Part shown: positions 25,085 through 36,793 of the stretch, one piece after another
How positions within the stretch are numbered: the stretch's first letter is position 1
Layout of the letters: every line of letters starts with the position of its first letter
NCBI GenBank assembly: GCA_043228905.1
Contig: JBHGNT010000005.1
Coordinates: 2,728,001 to 2,792,000 of the forward strand
Length of the DNA stretch: 64,000 nt
Origin: Azolla caroliniana
Taxonomy: Eukaryota > Plantae > Polypodiophyta
Direction: 5' to 3'
Translations under genes and position numbers: made by a program
Notes under the pieces: generated by a model
Told to the model about the DNA's origin: nothing
What the model saw: only the letters and a program-made list of their open reading frames with translations
The model's database searches: none

Positions 25085-27197
25085 TCCTGGTTCTTGCCAC
25101 CGAGGGATTTGCGGTTTCGCTCGTGGTTCGGTCGCACCGTCAGAAATTGGACCGAATGGCGCTCGTCCTGGCTTTTGACCCTCGCGTAGGCCGAACCGTT
25201 GTCTAGCACCTTGGTCTCCATCCGCGCCGCCGTGATGTATGGTTCCCCTAATATGACCGGGTGCGAGGACGTCTCCTGTACGAAGAAGTGCTGGTCAATC
25301 TCGACGTCGCCGATCTTGACTCGCACGTTCGGGCAAGCCCCGTGCAGTTCCTCGGTGGCGCGCGTCGCTGCCCGTATCTTCCACCCGTGCTTGGTGTTGA
25401 TCGGCCACTTTCCCTTCTTATAGAAGTCCATGGACATCAGGTTTATTTCCGAACCGTGGTCCACCAGTGCCACCACCGGTTCCTAAACATCTCCAATCTT
25501 TACCGGGGTCTCCGTGGTCGCTCGGGCCCAGTGTGGCCTCGAATAGTGGCTCTCCGCCCACTCATCTTCCAGCGCCAAGTCGTCGATGTGCGTCGTCCGC
25601 ACCTCCACCAGTCTTTCCGGTTCTGTCTCCGTTGACAGCCTCTTCCGCTTCACCAAGTCGACAATGGAGTCGTGGAACTCCTTCTTAGCGATCCCTAACA
25701 CCTCCCGCAATGACAGCTCCACTTTGCTGTCGAGGATCCGTTCTTCTAGGACCTTTCGTAGGTCCGTGGTCCTTTCTATTTCCGTCCCCAGTCGGTATCC
25801 GCCCTTCCTCGGGTTATCTTGCGCGCTGGACCCACCGGCTTCGTTCCGTCGTTGCCCGAATCGGGTCTCGTATCGTTGCGAGGGTCCGGCCGCTCCAACT
25901 TTCCCCACTCACTTGTCTTCTACCAGAGCCTCGTAGTTCCGGCACGCGGTTTCTACGAAGCCCGTCTTCTCCTCGACCGGGTCGCTCCAACCGGTTATTT
26001 CCCGGACCCATCTCTCAGCGTGGTCCGCTTCATCTTTCCTCAGCCGTGCGCCAGCGAGGCCTTCCAGCATTGCCGACCAGAATCCATTTTTGCTCTCCTT
26101 TCGGGCCTCGCTGCCCCTGACCCGAATGCCGGCCGACGCCGAGTAGTGGATGGCCTCCACGTGTTGGGCCGCTGCCTCTTCCATCAGTCTCTTCATACCT
26201 CCTCGCCCGTCGTTCCGGTTTAGGGCCCTTCTGGTATCGCCGGCGTGCACCCGGCCTTCCCATAGGTACACCACCCGGTTCCTCAACGCCTCTGCGAAAT
26301 CGCCGCAGTCCTTCCGAATGTGGCCGACCTCGTCGCACCACATGCACCTGTTCCCTGCTGCCGGCCGTCGGTCACGAGCCGGTTCGCCGCCTTCCCTTCG
26401 AGTCTGGGCGATCTGGAGATCCTTTATCGCCCGCGTCAACTCCTCCAGCGCTACTCCTCCGGACGAGTCATTGACCATGCCGGTCGGAGCCGAACCGGTT
26501 TCGAGCCACTCCCGGGTCTCTGCCCTTCGCCCTTGCGGTGCCGGTTCAAGCCTCCTTGCTGTGACAGAGCCCGCACCGGCCGCCCCGTTGTCAGCCCATT
26601 CTCGCCGTTTGTCGAAACGGCCACAGACTCTCTTAACCGCAGCCCAGTCGGTCGTCAGCCCTTCTTCGGTTTCTAGCAAGGAGCCGACTTGATCCCGGTC
26701 CCGCTCGTCCACCGACTTGACGAACAGTAGGACCCGGCTCGTATCCACAACGGTTCGGTCATTTCGGTCAAGCGCCGAAAGGCGCGCAAATCGTTCCTCA
26801 AACTCCCAGAGGAGTGCCGACGCGTTTCTTCCCTTGCCGGGGGACTCCACCCATTCCATGAAGACCCGTTTCGAAAGCCGGAGCGCGTCATCCAGCCCGT
26901 ATTTTTCTAGGAGTCGACCTTCGAACTCCTCCCAGGTACGGCTCTCCGCCCATACCTCGAGCACCTCCGCATGGATGCTCGGCATCGCCACTCGAGGGAA
27001 CCCGGCAAAACGCCTCTCTTCCGGAATGTCCCGCATCAGCATTTCTGCCCCGTAGGACGCCAAATACTTCGTGGCATCCGGCCGATCGTACCGACGACCA
27101 CCTCAATGGCTCTGTCGAGGGCGCCGGTGCCCTCGCGTGCGCTCAATATCCGATCCACGGCCGAAGCCATGGCCTCCGCAAGATCCGACCCCTTCAT
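25075..27197 (-). pseudogene. Gypsy gag-protease ORF with one frameshift (~27077) and two in-frame stops (25911-25909, 25485-25483)
   Basis: ATG at 27197; zinc knuckle CMWCDEVGHIRKDC; aspartic protease ALVDHGSEINL...VILGEPY. Confidence 0.92.
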
Positions 27198-27219
27198 CTT
27201 CTGCTCTTCTGCCGCCTCC

Positions 27220-27237
27220 TTCACGTCGGGTTCACCA
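27220..27237 (-). other. Primer binding site, tRNA-Trp
   Basis: TGGTGAACCCGACGTGAA, complementary to the plant tRNA-Trp 3' end (...UUCACGUCGGGUUCACCA, recalled sequence). Confidence 0.88.
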
Positions 27238-27240
27238 AGA

Positions 27241-27883
27241 TGTCGAGGTATTCCTCGCGGATGCATGGAATGAGGCGGGGCCTCGGGGGTCTTGTACCGA
27301 AGAGCAAGAGACAAAGGAGAAGGGAAGGGACCCACTACGTGTGGGCATAGATTCACAGGGGCACGGCCCTTCAACACAAGACGCGAGTGGGACACCGACG
27401 CAGAGAGACACGAATGTATGTATATATATATTAACAAGGACAAACAACAAGAAGCACGAAGTCGGTTACAACCGAACAGGCCGGCGAACAGATGTTGATG
27501 CCTGTTCGTAAACGCACAGAAAGAAAGGAGTAGGTTGGAGGTGCTGCCGGAAGCACTCGGGCATTCCTCAGAGCAACGCGAGCCTCCCGAAACCTGCACA
27601 GAAAGAAGCTACGGAGTTTGGAAGAGAGAGAAGCCTTTGGCCGACAACCCGACAACACTTCGTCCTCTCTAACCGCGATCCCTTTCCTCCTCCCCGTCTC
27701 CCTCCTTTTATAGGCAAGAAAGGAGCCGTTTCCCATTAACTTCCTACCTACCGAATCTACCTACCTAGGATCTTCTATGTACCTAATTCTCTCTTATGTA
27801 CTACATAAGGCGTACATGCATGAAGAGCCGGTTCCTACACTCCGGTGCACCGATTCCGCTTGTGGACGGTTTTCTTCACGACA
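27241..27883 (-). repeat. Gypsy 5' LTR
   Basis: Pairs with 20871-21513; TATAAAAG near 27710 on the minus strand. Confidence 0.97.
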
Positions 27884-30637
27884 ACGGGTTAGGTGGGGCA
27901 TTTTAGAGGGACAACTCTTGCTATATGAAAAGGAGGATATAGTGGAAGCCTTTCATATAGTTCCTCCTCATATACAAATGGTTCAACCTTTTATAAGTGA
28001 TAGTTTGCAATTTAGGTATAATATTATCTTGAAGACAATTTCATCTATTCTGATGTGGGTAATTTGGAAGGCGTGATGCACATCAGTTTTTGACAATGCC
28101 ATTTAGGATGTTTTTGTTATAATTGCCGAATTCTGGTTGCTACTTGTTCATACATTACGTGGTCAGTATGAAAGTTTTACAAGCAATGTTGATGCCATTT
28201 TCAGGAAGCAAACACATTTTAAAAGGTTATGGGACTCTGCTCATTTTTAGGGATGATGCAGATCACATAATATGGATGTATATTGTTATGCTCATTTTGG
28301 AAAACAATGTCTACTAACTTTGTTTATGGACACTCTGTTGTTACAGATTTTGGTGGTATAGGTTACATTGCATGCTCAATTGCAGTTTGGGAGGAGTAGA
28401 CCATAAAAATCTTGGAGATATGGTGTACAAATATGTGTAGTTCCAGTATATACACATCAAATCGGCTATGATGCGAGCACAATGGAGTCGGTTGGTATTC
28501 TCCTTTATCCAACACAACTTTTGTATTGCTTCTAATTTTATAATACCAAGGCATATCTCTTTCTTTCTTTCTTTTTAAAAGGTTATGAGCACAAGCATTT
28601 GTAAACAATACGCTTCGCTAACACTTTTCTTCTTAGAAATGGCTTTTAGTCAATATCCATAAACTAAGATTGAAAAAAATTAGATTTTTGAGTTAAGCGC
28701 TAAGGTGTCATTGTTGACATCTTCATAGGATTGATATCTATTGCCTATGAAGCCCGAATCTACATGTGAAGTTTTCGCAGTATACGAGGACGTGTTTTTA
28801 TAACTCATGACTACAACTCAACTTTAGAGATTAGGCACACTATGGATCTTTTTATCAAGGGGATTCCTACTAATTAAACACCCAACAATTAGATGTTCCC
28901 AATTCATCTTAATGTGATTAATCTTCCAAACAGATATTGTGCCTAATCAAATTATTTGCTGATATGGAACTATGGATGTCACCACATTCATAGACAAAGA
29001 TGTATTTGCATGCAACTTCTTGATGGCAGTTATTCATGTCAAAGATTTGCAACTCTGTTTCTAATCATTCACATTCTAATGATTATGTTGCACATTTTGG
29101 AAGTGGTGGATAAAAACTATATGGGTTATGTGGACCAAGGGTAATGATCGATGGTGTCTATGTTTGGCTAAGAGAGGCAACCAACTTGTTTGTAGGTTTG
29201 GACTTTTTTGGAAATCTATCAAAAGACCCAGTGAATTGTCATTGGAGAACAAAACAAACATTAGTGTTGCATGTGAAAGGTTTACCGAATCATCTCAATG
29301 AGGATTCAAACATTCAACTTCTTCATATCCACATATGAGCATTTAAAGACACATTAATTTATCCTAATGTATCGTCTTTTAAGCCCAAAAACATGTAGAG
29401 GATGATGTGTAGGTGATGTTGGCCTTTGTCCGAATTGTGGGATTTGATCTTATCATTTGAGATATAGAGCTTTATAGTATCATTCCTATTTCCGCTAATG
29501 TTGATTAGGCATAATTATAGTTTCAACTTTGACCTTGGCATCATCTCCGTAAGCAATGAAAGAGATAACTTCAAAAAGCTTGCATTATAGAATTCTCTAT
29601 TTTTTGAAAGTGCAAATCCTATGCAAGGCTAACAATCATAATTGTTATGTCCATGCAATTTATAAACGACTAGCACATTACATGTACAAATATAAACGTA
29701 AAGCTTTTAGGTTACCAAAGCATTGTGGATCACTATTTTTGTTGTTCAACTTTAATGGCTTATTTATTAGGTTGCCTAATCAACTGTCTTCACCATCCTA
29801 CAACTAGCCTAATGACCCAATTACTTGGATTCGATAAGTAGTGCCCTTATTACCGTACTCTTCCATTTATTTGTGAATACAAGTTAAATGCATAACTAAC
29901 AAGAAGGAAATGTGAATACATTGACATAATTTATGTGGAAACAAGGTGCCCATTTAAGGATAAAGTCAACTACATGCAAATGCCCACCATTTAACGGCAA
30001 ACAGAATATCATGGGGGTAATTTGGAATAAGTGGTTCAACCTTTTATAAGTGGCAGTTTGCAATTTAGGGATGATATTATATGGAAGCCAATTTCATCTA
30101 TTCTGATGTGGGTAATTTGGAAAGCGCGATGCGCATCAGTATTTGATCATGTCACTCAGGATGTTGTTGTTGTAATCGTTGAATTCTGGTTGTTACTTGT
30201 TCATACATTGCGTGGTCAGTATGAAAGTTTCACAGGCAAATGTTGTTTCAGGAAGAAAATGCATTTAAAAAGGATATGGACCTCTATGCTCATTTTTAGG
30301 GAAGATGGAGATCACATAATTTGGATGTATACTGTTCCCGTGATTTTGGGAAACAATGTCTACAAACTTTGTTTATGGACATTCTGTTGTTACAAATTTT
30401 GGGTGTTATAGGTTACATTGAATGCTCAATTGCAGTTTGGGAGTAGACGATAAAAATCTTGGAGATATGGTGTACAAATATGTGTTGTTCTTGCATATAC
30501 ACATCAAATCGACTATGAGGAATGGGGTTGGAAAGTTGTTGCTACTGCTGAATATGCTCAACAAATCGGCTATGATGAGGGTACAAGTGAATTGGTCAAA
30601 AACTTAAAACAGAGGAAATTTAAGAGAAAAGAAGAGA

Positions 30638-30885
30638 ATGTCAAAAGAACATTTCAATGTTGTGTCATTTCTCAAAGCTTGTGCTTGGTGGAAGGATCTT
30701 TGTGAGGGTTGTAGAATACATGCATATATTGTGATAAAAAGGGTTGCTAGAAAAAGCTCATATGTAGCAACTGTTTTGATCAACATCTATGTTAAATGTG
30801 GTGCTCCTTTGAAAGCACAAAACCTGCTCGGAAAGTTGTCAAGTTGAAATGTTATATTGTGGAATAGAGTGATAGCTATAGGTGT
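30638..30885 (+). pseudogene. PLS-class pentatricopeptide repeat gene fragment inside the LINE 3' UTR
   Basis: VVSFLKACAWWKDLCEGCRIHAYIV..SSYVATVLINIYVKCGAPLKAQNLLGKLSS*NVILWNRVIA fits consecutive L, S and start-of-P PPR motifs. Confidence 0.85.
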
Positions 30886-31330
30886 ACAACGATTCCGATG
30901 TCCAAAGTATTATTTCAGTCATCTCTCATCAGCATGGAGGCTGCAAATAAGTATTAAATCGAAAATGTTTTTAGGTCCCTTTCTCCTCATGAATGGATGG
31001 ATGAATTTATGGTTAGCATTAGCTTCTTCTTTTTGTTTTCCAAAATAAAGCTACTTTCCCATTAGTTAGGAAGGATTATTACAAGGAGACTATACAAGGA
31101 AGCTTATACACAAAACGGGGAATCTCCCTCCGATCAAGATCAAGAAAATGAGACTACTTAGTTTTTCAAACCGACTACCTAAAGTAAGTAGATACTTATA
31201 CCTAAAAGCAATGGCCTTTAGTGTCGGTCAAAATGAGCCGACTCCCGGGGCCTACAATGGAGGGAGGGAGGCATGAAAGAAGGAAACAACTAGTGTGGGG
31301 GTTCCACCTCGGTCCACTTTCTCCTAGCGA

Positions 31331-33460
31331 TGTCGTGAAGAATTTCGGCCAGAGGCGGAAATCAGGAAATATTGGCTACATCGGCGGGGTGCAGCATGTG
31401 CGCTCACCCTTGTACATTTAGTGTGAATAACGAGGGCGCCTTTATGACGCCGAAGAGTAATCAAGTCGGGACAAGAATCCCATGTAATAAGGGATTTATC
31501 CCACGATGCTACGGATCCCTCTCCTTGTTCTATAAAAGGGAGGGAGCGCCCTTGGTGAAGGGGTTGCCCATTTTTGCATTCGTAGGGTATACCGTTGGAT
31601 TAAGAGACGTCATCTCTTTCTCTTTCTCTTCCTCTTGTTTAGGGTTTCGTTTATTCTTCTTTCCTCTACTTCTTCCTCTTCGTCGTTCGGTGTATCGAGC
31701 CAGGGACATCTAGTGTTTCTGTTTTCTGCCCCGTCCTCTGTGCAAGACCCCGCTCGGCGCGACAAGCCCGAGAGCTCCCCGACCGGCGGCTTGGCAATAG
31801 ACGACTGTTGCAACCTTAGCTACTTAGGTCGGGCTCGATGCCAGTATTGTATCTTATTCTTGTAATATATGTGTGGAGGGGTTTGCGTATCGGTGTCTAT
31901 GTGGGTGTTTTGGTGTTCTCTTACCTCCGTTTCTATACATAAGGGCGTAAGCTGGGTCGGCGTGGTGTGTGTGTGTGTGTGTGGGAGTCGGTGTCAAGCG
32001 CCGCTCTCTCTCTTTCTCTCTCTCGTTTGGTCGCTTCCGGAACGTGTCCGGAATTGTCTTCTCGGCTTCCCTTCTTCCTCGTCCGAGACCCCCGTGGTTC
32101 CGCCCTTCTACACGCACGCGCGTAATAACGCGACATATTTGGTGAACCCGGCGTGAAGGGCGGCAAGGGAGGATGGAGTTTGAAGAAGACGATTTCACGC
32201 AACTTTTTGTCGAAGCGGTGAGGGGGTTTGGACGAGCAACAGCAAGAAGAGAGATGGCGCAACAAGTTGTCGAATGCGTGGTCGAAAGAGTCAGTCGTTT
32301 CAACAGGGACAAAGTCCCATCTTACTTGGAAGCCTACAACGCGGAAATGGAGGAGCGAGACGTGGACGAAGCGTTGAGGTTGGAGTTCTTCTATAGGGCC
32401 GTCATCGTTCGTATGCACGCGGAAGTGAAGGAGCTCCAAGAAGCTCATAGTTCGTGAGAGACCTTTGAAGAGACGCTCCTGCAGGCACATGGAGGACGGC
32501 GGAAGAGCCGGGGATGACACGACATCGACCAGTGGATACCATCGGCGAAGACCCACTGGGGTGCAACGAAGGCGTTCCGAGAATTCGAATGACGGCTTGC
32601 TCGGCTCCCGGAGCGGGAACAAGGTTTGGTGGGGGCGGACAAAGTCCTATTGTTCGTCAGGTCGATCGACTGAGCAGAACTGGAGGCCATCGGGATTGAG
32701 CTCGAAGATGATGACGGAGCGAATGGGCTTACGCAGGACTGGTCAAAGGTCGGACGGGTGTGCCAACGGCTAGACAATGAGCGAGCTGAGAAGGCTAAGA
32801 GGAAGGCACGCGACAGCGTGCCATCACAGCGGGAAGAGGCCGAACGGCAAAGAGAGTCGGCAAGGGTCGGCGTTGGGGCCAGGATTGCGGAGGCGTACGC
32901 AGCTCTCGAAGCGATGCTCGAGGAAGAGGAAAGATCGAGGACGCAAGCCGAGACCGAGGAGACAAACTTGCCCCACGCGATGGTAGGAGATTGGTACGAC
33001 GGTGCCACGAGAGAGGGTGCAGAACAAAACACCCTCTCGACTTGCGGAGATAGAACGGTCGAGGACGAGGCCGAAATACCGATTGCGGAATCGAAACGTT
33101 GGGACCAGCGGTTTCGGGCGTGTCAGCCCGAAATCCCGGACATTGGAGAAGCAAGCCGAGGCGGGGCTTGTGTGATCGGTAAGGAGACGACCGCCGACCA
33201 CGAAGAGCCGGTGGCTACGGATAGGGGCGTAAAACGAACAGGCGATTCTTCACGTCTTCCCAAACTAGCTCCCGAGACGACGGTAGTCGGACCCGAGTGC
33301 CCACGTGAGTCCCAAGAGGAGGAAGGCGAAGGTGAGAGACCAAGAATCACCAACGGATGAAAGCCCTCGGACCCGATTCCGGAGAACTCGGCATTCGGGC
33401 CCTTATGCCCATGTGAGACCAAGGAGTCCTGGCATGACGACAGCGAAGATGGATGGGAGA
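31331..33460 (+). mobile_element. Truncated Trp-primed Gypsy element (5' LTR 31331-32135, PBS 32140-32156, decayed gag from 32173)
   Basis: TGTCGTG...CGCGACA LTR; TGGTGAACCCGGCGTGA; gag homologous to 27197-26600 (SYLEAYNAEM, VLLFVRSID); no pol and no 3' LTR. Confidence 0.92.
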
Positions 33461-35299
33461 TAGCTCTCAGAATGTTTTCCAAGAAGGGCCAAAGTACCAT
33501 GTCGTAGGCCTTCTCGAAGTCAAGCATTAGAATAGTCGAGCTCGAGACGGACTGATCAGCCAATGCCATGGCTTCCTAGAGAAGCAACGCATTATCAAAG
33601 ATGCACCTGCTCCTAATAAACCATGTTTGATTCTCATGTATAATGTCCAGTAAGAAGCTTGTTAACCGCCACACGAGGACTTTTGCCAGTATCTTGTAAA
33701 TCGTGTTAAGGATAGTTATAGGAAGCCATTGGCGTAACTCCAGGCTTCGCTCTGCCGCTTTGGGAATGAGATAGATCATCCCCTCAGCTAGCCCGGTCGG
33801 CATCGTTCCCGAGGACCAAATCTCCTAAACCCCGGCTTCCAATGACGGGATAACAGTGTCCCAATGGATCTCGAAAAAATCTCGTGAGAGACCATCAGGG
33901 CCGGGGCTATCAAGAAATGGGGCTATCTCCTCAAATCCCTAAGTGCCTCCGAGAGTTCTATACGAGAAATGGGGCTATCAAGCACCATTTCCATCTCTTG
34001 GGTTACCTTGGGGTGAATGCAAGTCATCACCCTATCAGCCAGCTCTACGTTTTGCGTCATATGCATAGGTGCAAGTAGGTCTTGATAGTATTGCGTTGCC
34101 ATATGCAAAATCTCATCCTTGTCCTCCGTAATTGAGTCGTCTGGTTTGCACAACCATTGTATACGTCCACCACCACCCTTGGGAGGCTTGTAATGAAAGA
34201 AATGTCGATTGACCCTATCGTCTATTCTAGCCCATCATGCCGCAGTTCCACGAAATAGCATTCGGTTCCTCTCCTCCGTCCTTTCCCGAACCTTCATCTT
34301 GGCTTCCTCTAGCTTAGATCTAGACCAAGTGCAGCCAGGGTCCGCCTATAGCAAGCGTTACGCTGCCGCAACGGACTTCCATAATTTTATTTCAATGGCT
34401 TTGACTTGTTGGAGGGCCCACTTGGTCTCTTGTTGTAAAAAGGAGGAGGATGCAAATCCTCACTAGCCGATTCTCTTACAATGGTCTCCTGCCATATACT
34501 CTGTAGACCTGCCTTCACCGCTTCACTCTTCATGATCTTTGTGGGGATTTTCATATTGAGACTCCCGTGGCTGCCCTTGGGTGGGTTAAGGTCTAGTCTC
34601 ATCGGTTGGTGATCAGAGAAGGTAAGGCCTGCCAAGATAGCGAAAGAGCCCCCCAACTCCTCAAGGGAAGAGCTGATGTATATGTGGTCTAACCGTTCAA
34701 GGCTACCACCCCTAACATTCACAGCGACTCTCGAGAAGTGTAGCGAATGTGAGCATCTCCTAAGGGAAGAGCCCCATGTATCTTTCACCCCAATTTTGCC
34801 AATTAAGAGAGCCCATGAATCCAGCTCCGCACCATGAATTGGTCTTTAGGTTCCCCCTTTCCTATCACCAGATGCTCAGTCATGTTGAAATCACCAGCTA
34901 TTATCCATGCCTCTGCGTTAGGTAATGTGGTCACTAACATCCTCCAGAAGATTGCTCTCTCGGGGGATGAGTTAGGGGCATAAATGTTTAGCACCCCAAT
35001 CTATAGGCGATTCCATTTCAGAAGCACATATAAAGCCCTACCCGCAACCAGCATGCCATGTGATTTCACTTTATATCGAGCCTTATCATTGATCGAGATG
35101 CAAACCCCTCCCCTTCGTTGAAGGTCCCCCTGTGCTGCCGACCACCACGTGGTCCACCCACCCGACAAGGGGTTTACTAGGCTCTGAATTCTCTCTTCAG
35201 AGAGATGGTGTTCCTGCAACATCAGTATGTCGATCTTTTGCACTCTTGGTGCTGCCAACCTCCACCAAGGCCCTGTACATTCCACGTTAAGATCCTCAT
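33461..35299 (-). pseudogene. LINE-B ORF2: APE endonuclease and N-terminal RT
   Basis: MRILTWNVQGL, MLQEHH, NIYAPN, AGDFN, RLDHIY, SDHQP, LIPK..WLPITILNTIYKILAK, LDFEKAYD. Confidence 0.93.
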
Positions 35300-35399
35300 C
35301 CGAAAACGGTGAGGTTGACGCCCATGTCCGGGCTGACCCCCATGTCATGGAGCAAACTAACGCCTATTTCTGGGGCTATGGGCTGCTACGAAGGCTGAA

Positions 35400-36793
35400 G
35401 AGCCCCTAAGGGGTTCTCGGCTTGTCGATCCCGGCCCGCTCCAAATAGATCTCACGATACGTTTTGGCTCCTAAGTGGCTATCCAACCTGCATCCCTTTA
35501 TCCCAAATAGTCCTCGCCAAACCAGGTGATGGTTTGCCTGTACTTCCGTTCCCTTTGCCCTTTATCTTGCCCGTCCTAATCCACGATTTCAATAATCTGA
35601 GGTCACCACCACAGTCACATTCCATCATGGGGGAGGCCTTAGCCAACATCTCCCCTGGGGTGGAAAGTACACGATGTGGTTGCAACTCCATCGGGGAGGG
35701 GAACAAGAGATGAGGATTGTGTGGGGGAAGGGACAAGGAATCACATGGGGACAATGTTGCTGCCAACGCTTCTGGGATGTCCTCCCCTAGCCCTTGGAGC
35801 AATGTAAATCTATTGGTAGCCCTCACCTTTAGGTTGTGTGCTTCTGCACTCCCTGAGTGGATCTTCACCCATTTCGAGGGTTGCTCGTCCGCACTTGCTG
35901 GTGACAAGGTAGTGGGACTTCGATCAAAGGATAGGCCTTGAGAGGGGGGGGGAGGCCGCACCTAGGCTTCAAAGTTTCCCCTTCTTCTTGACGGGCCGCC
36001 AAGCAGCCTCGTCACCCTTGGTTGCCGCGGTCTTCCTAGAGTCTTGAGGTCCCGAGCTTCCCTTTCCAGTCTTACGAGGACAACTCTTAGCTAGGTGTCC
36101 TTTCTATTTGCAAATAAAACATTGTCCAAGGAGTCCCTCATAAACCACTTTCACCACTATGAGACCTAGCTCTTCGGAGAAGAGCCTAATTCTTGTTGGC
36201 AGTCCATGGAGGGAAGGCACTAAGATGTGCACCTTAGGCACCTCCGCGATTGTGTCTGCCATAGACATTTTTTGAGGGCAAATCGTCCCTATTTGTTCGC
36301 CGAAAAAAGGAAGCAAATGACACAAATGGGGAGGGAGGCCAGGAAATGTTGCGGTGACCACCCTAGGGTTGTTAAGTTTTCGTAACTCTTCACTTGGATC
36401 GAACCTTGGTGACCATGGCTGGAGCAACACCTTGTCGTACTTCAATTCAAGTACCTTGAGCTCTACCAAGGGTTGCGCCAACGAATCATCACCCAATTCA
36501 ATGTGGAAGAAATTTTTCCCTAAACCCCTAATGCTCTTGATTGATGGCATGTTCTCCATCACAGCCACTTGGAGCATGTCCCAAACCATGCCCCGATTTG
36601 GTCTACCTGCAAGAAACCTACATACAAAGTACGTACATCGTAGGCGTTCGATTTCCACCCCTAAGAGTCAGTTGGCCTTCGGAGATAGGGTGATGTCTAA
36701 ATCTATACTTCCTTCTCCTTGTAGCGAACTAGGGTCTGTTGGGAGTTCGGAGCATCCCACCATATTAGTTGGAAGTTCGGATCCTCCCACCAT
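35400..36793 (-). pseudogene. LINE-B ORF1 (DUF4283-like region plus zinc knuckle); 3' end approximate
   Basis: LGKNFFHIEL..LQPWSPRFDP..FPGLPPHL..VVYEGLLGQCFICK*KGHLAKSCP. Confidence 0.88.

Larger units (their letters stand above)
20871..27883 (-). mobile_element. Ty3/Gypsy LTR retrotransposon, non-chromovirus, tRNA-Trp primed (Phygy/Selgy-like by inference), full-length and young
   Basis: 643-bp LTRs with about 9 differences counted by eye; PBS, PPT; gag-PR-RT-RH-INT order; no chromodomain; flanks GCGG and ACGG. Confidence 0.97.
18480..28580 (+). mobile_element. Degenerate L1-type LINE (LINE-A copy 1), interrupted by Gypsy 20871-27883; 5' limit uncertain
   Basis: zf-RVT remnant YWK*LWSMQIPRKIVLFHWLLIH..C..CGCMMESIKQVLWSCP at ~20610-20800; ILMWVIWKA at ~28050; 27980-28470 collinear with 30033-30520; weak ORF1 knuckle remnant (KLPFFC) near 18755; ~240-bp degenerate repeats at 19500-20080. 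Confidence 0.75.

Noticed and set aside
25483-25485. In-frame TAG before the protease active site as programmed readthrough
   Set aside because: It falls inside the protease N-terminal strands, has no readthrough context, and is simply explained by CAG>TAG. The TGA at 25909 is likewise explained by CGA>TGA.
21407-27511. Many overlapping + strand and alternate-frame ORFs in the Gypsy element
   Set aside because: Expected shadows of GC-rich coding DNA; no recognisable domains.
33123-33569. 148-aa ORF spanning the LINE/Gypsy junction as a new chimeric gene
   Set aside because: A short RT piece reading into antisense gag; the upstream frame has stops and nothing suggests selection.
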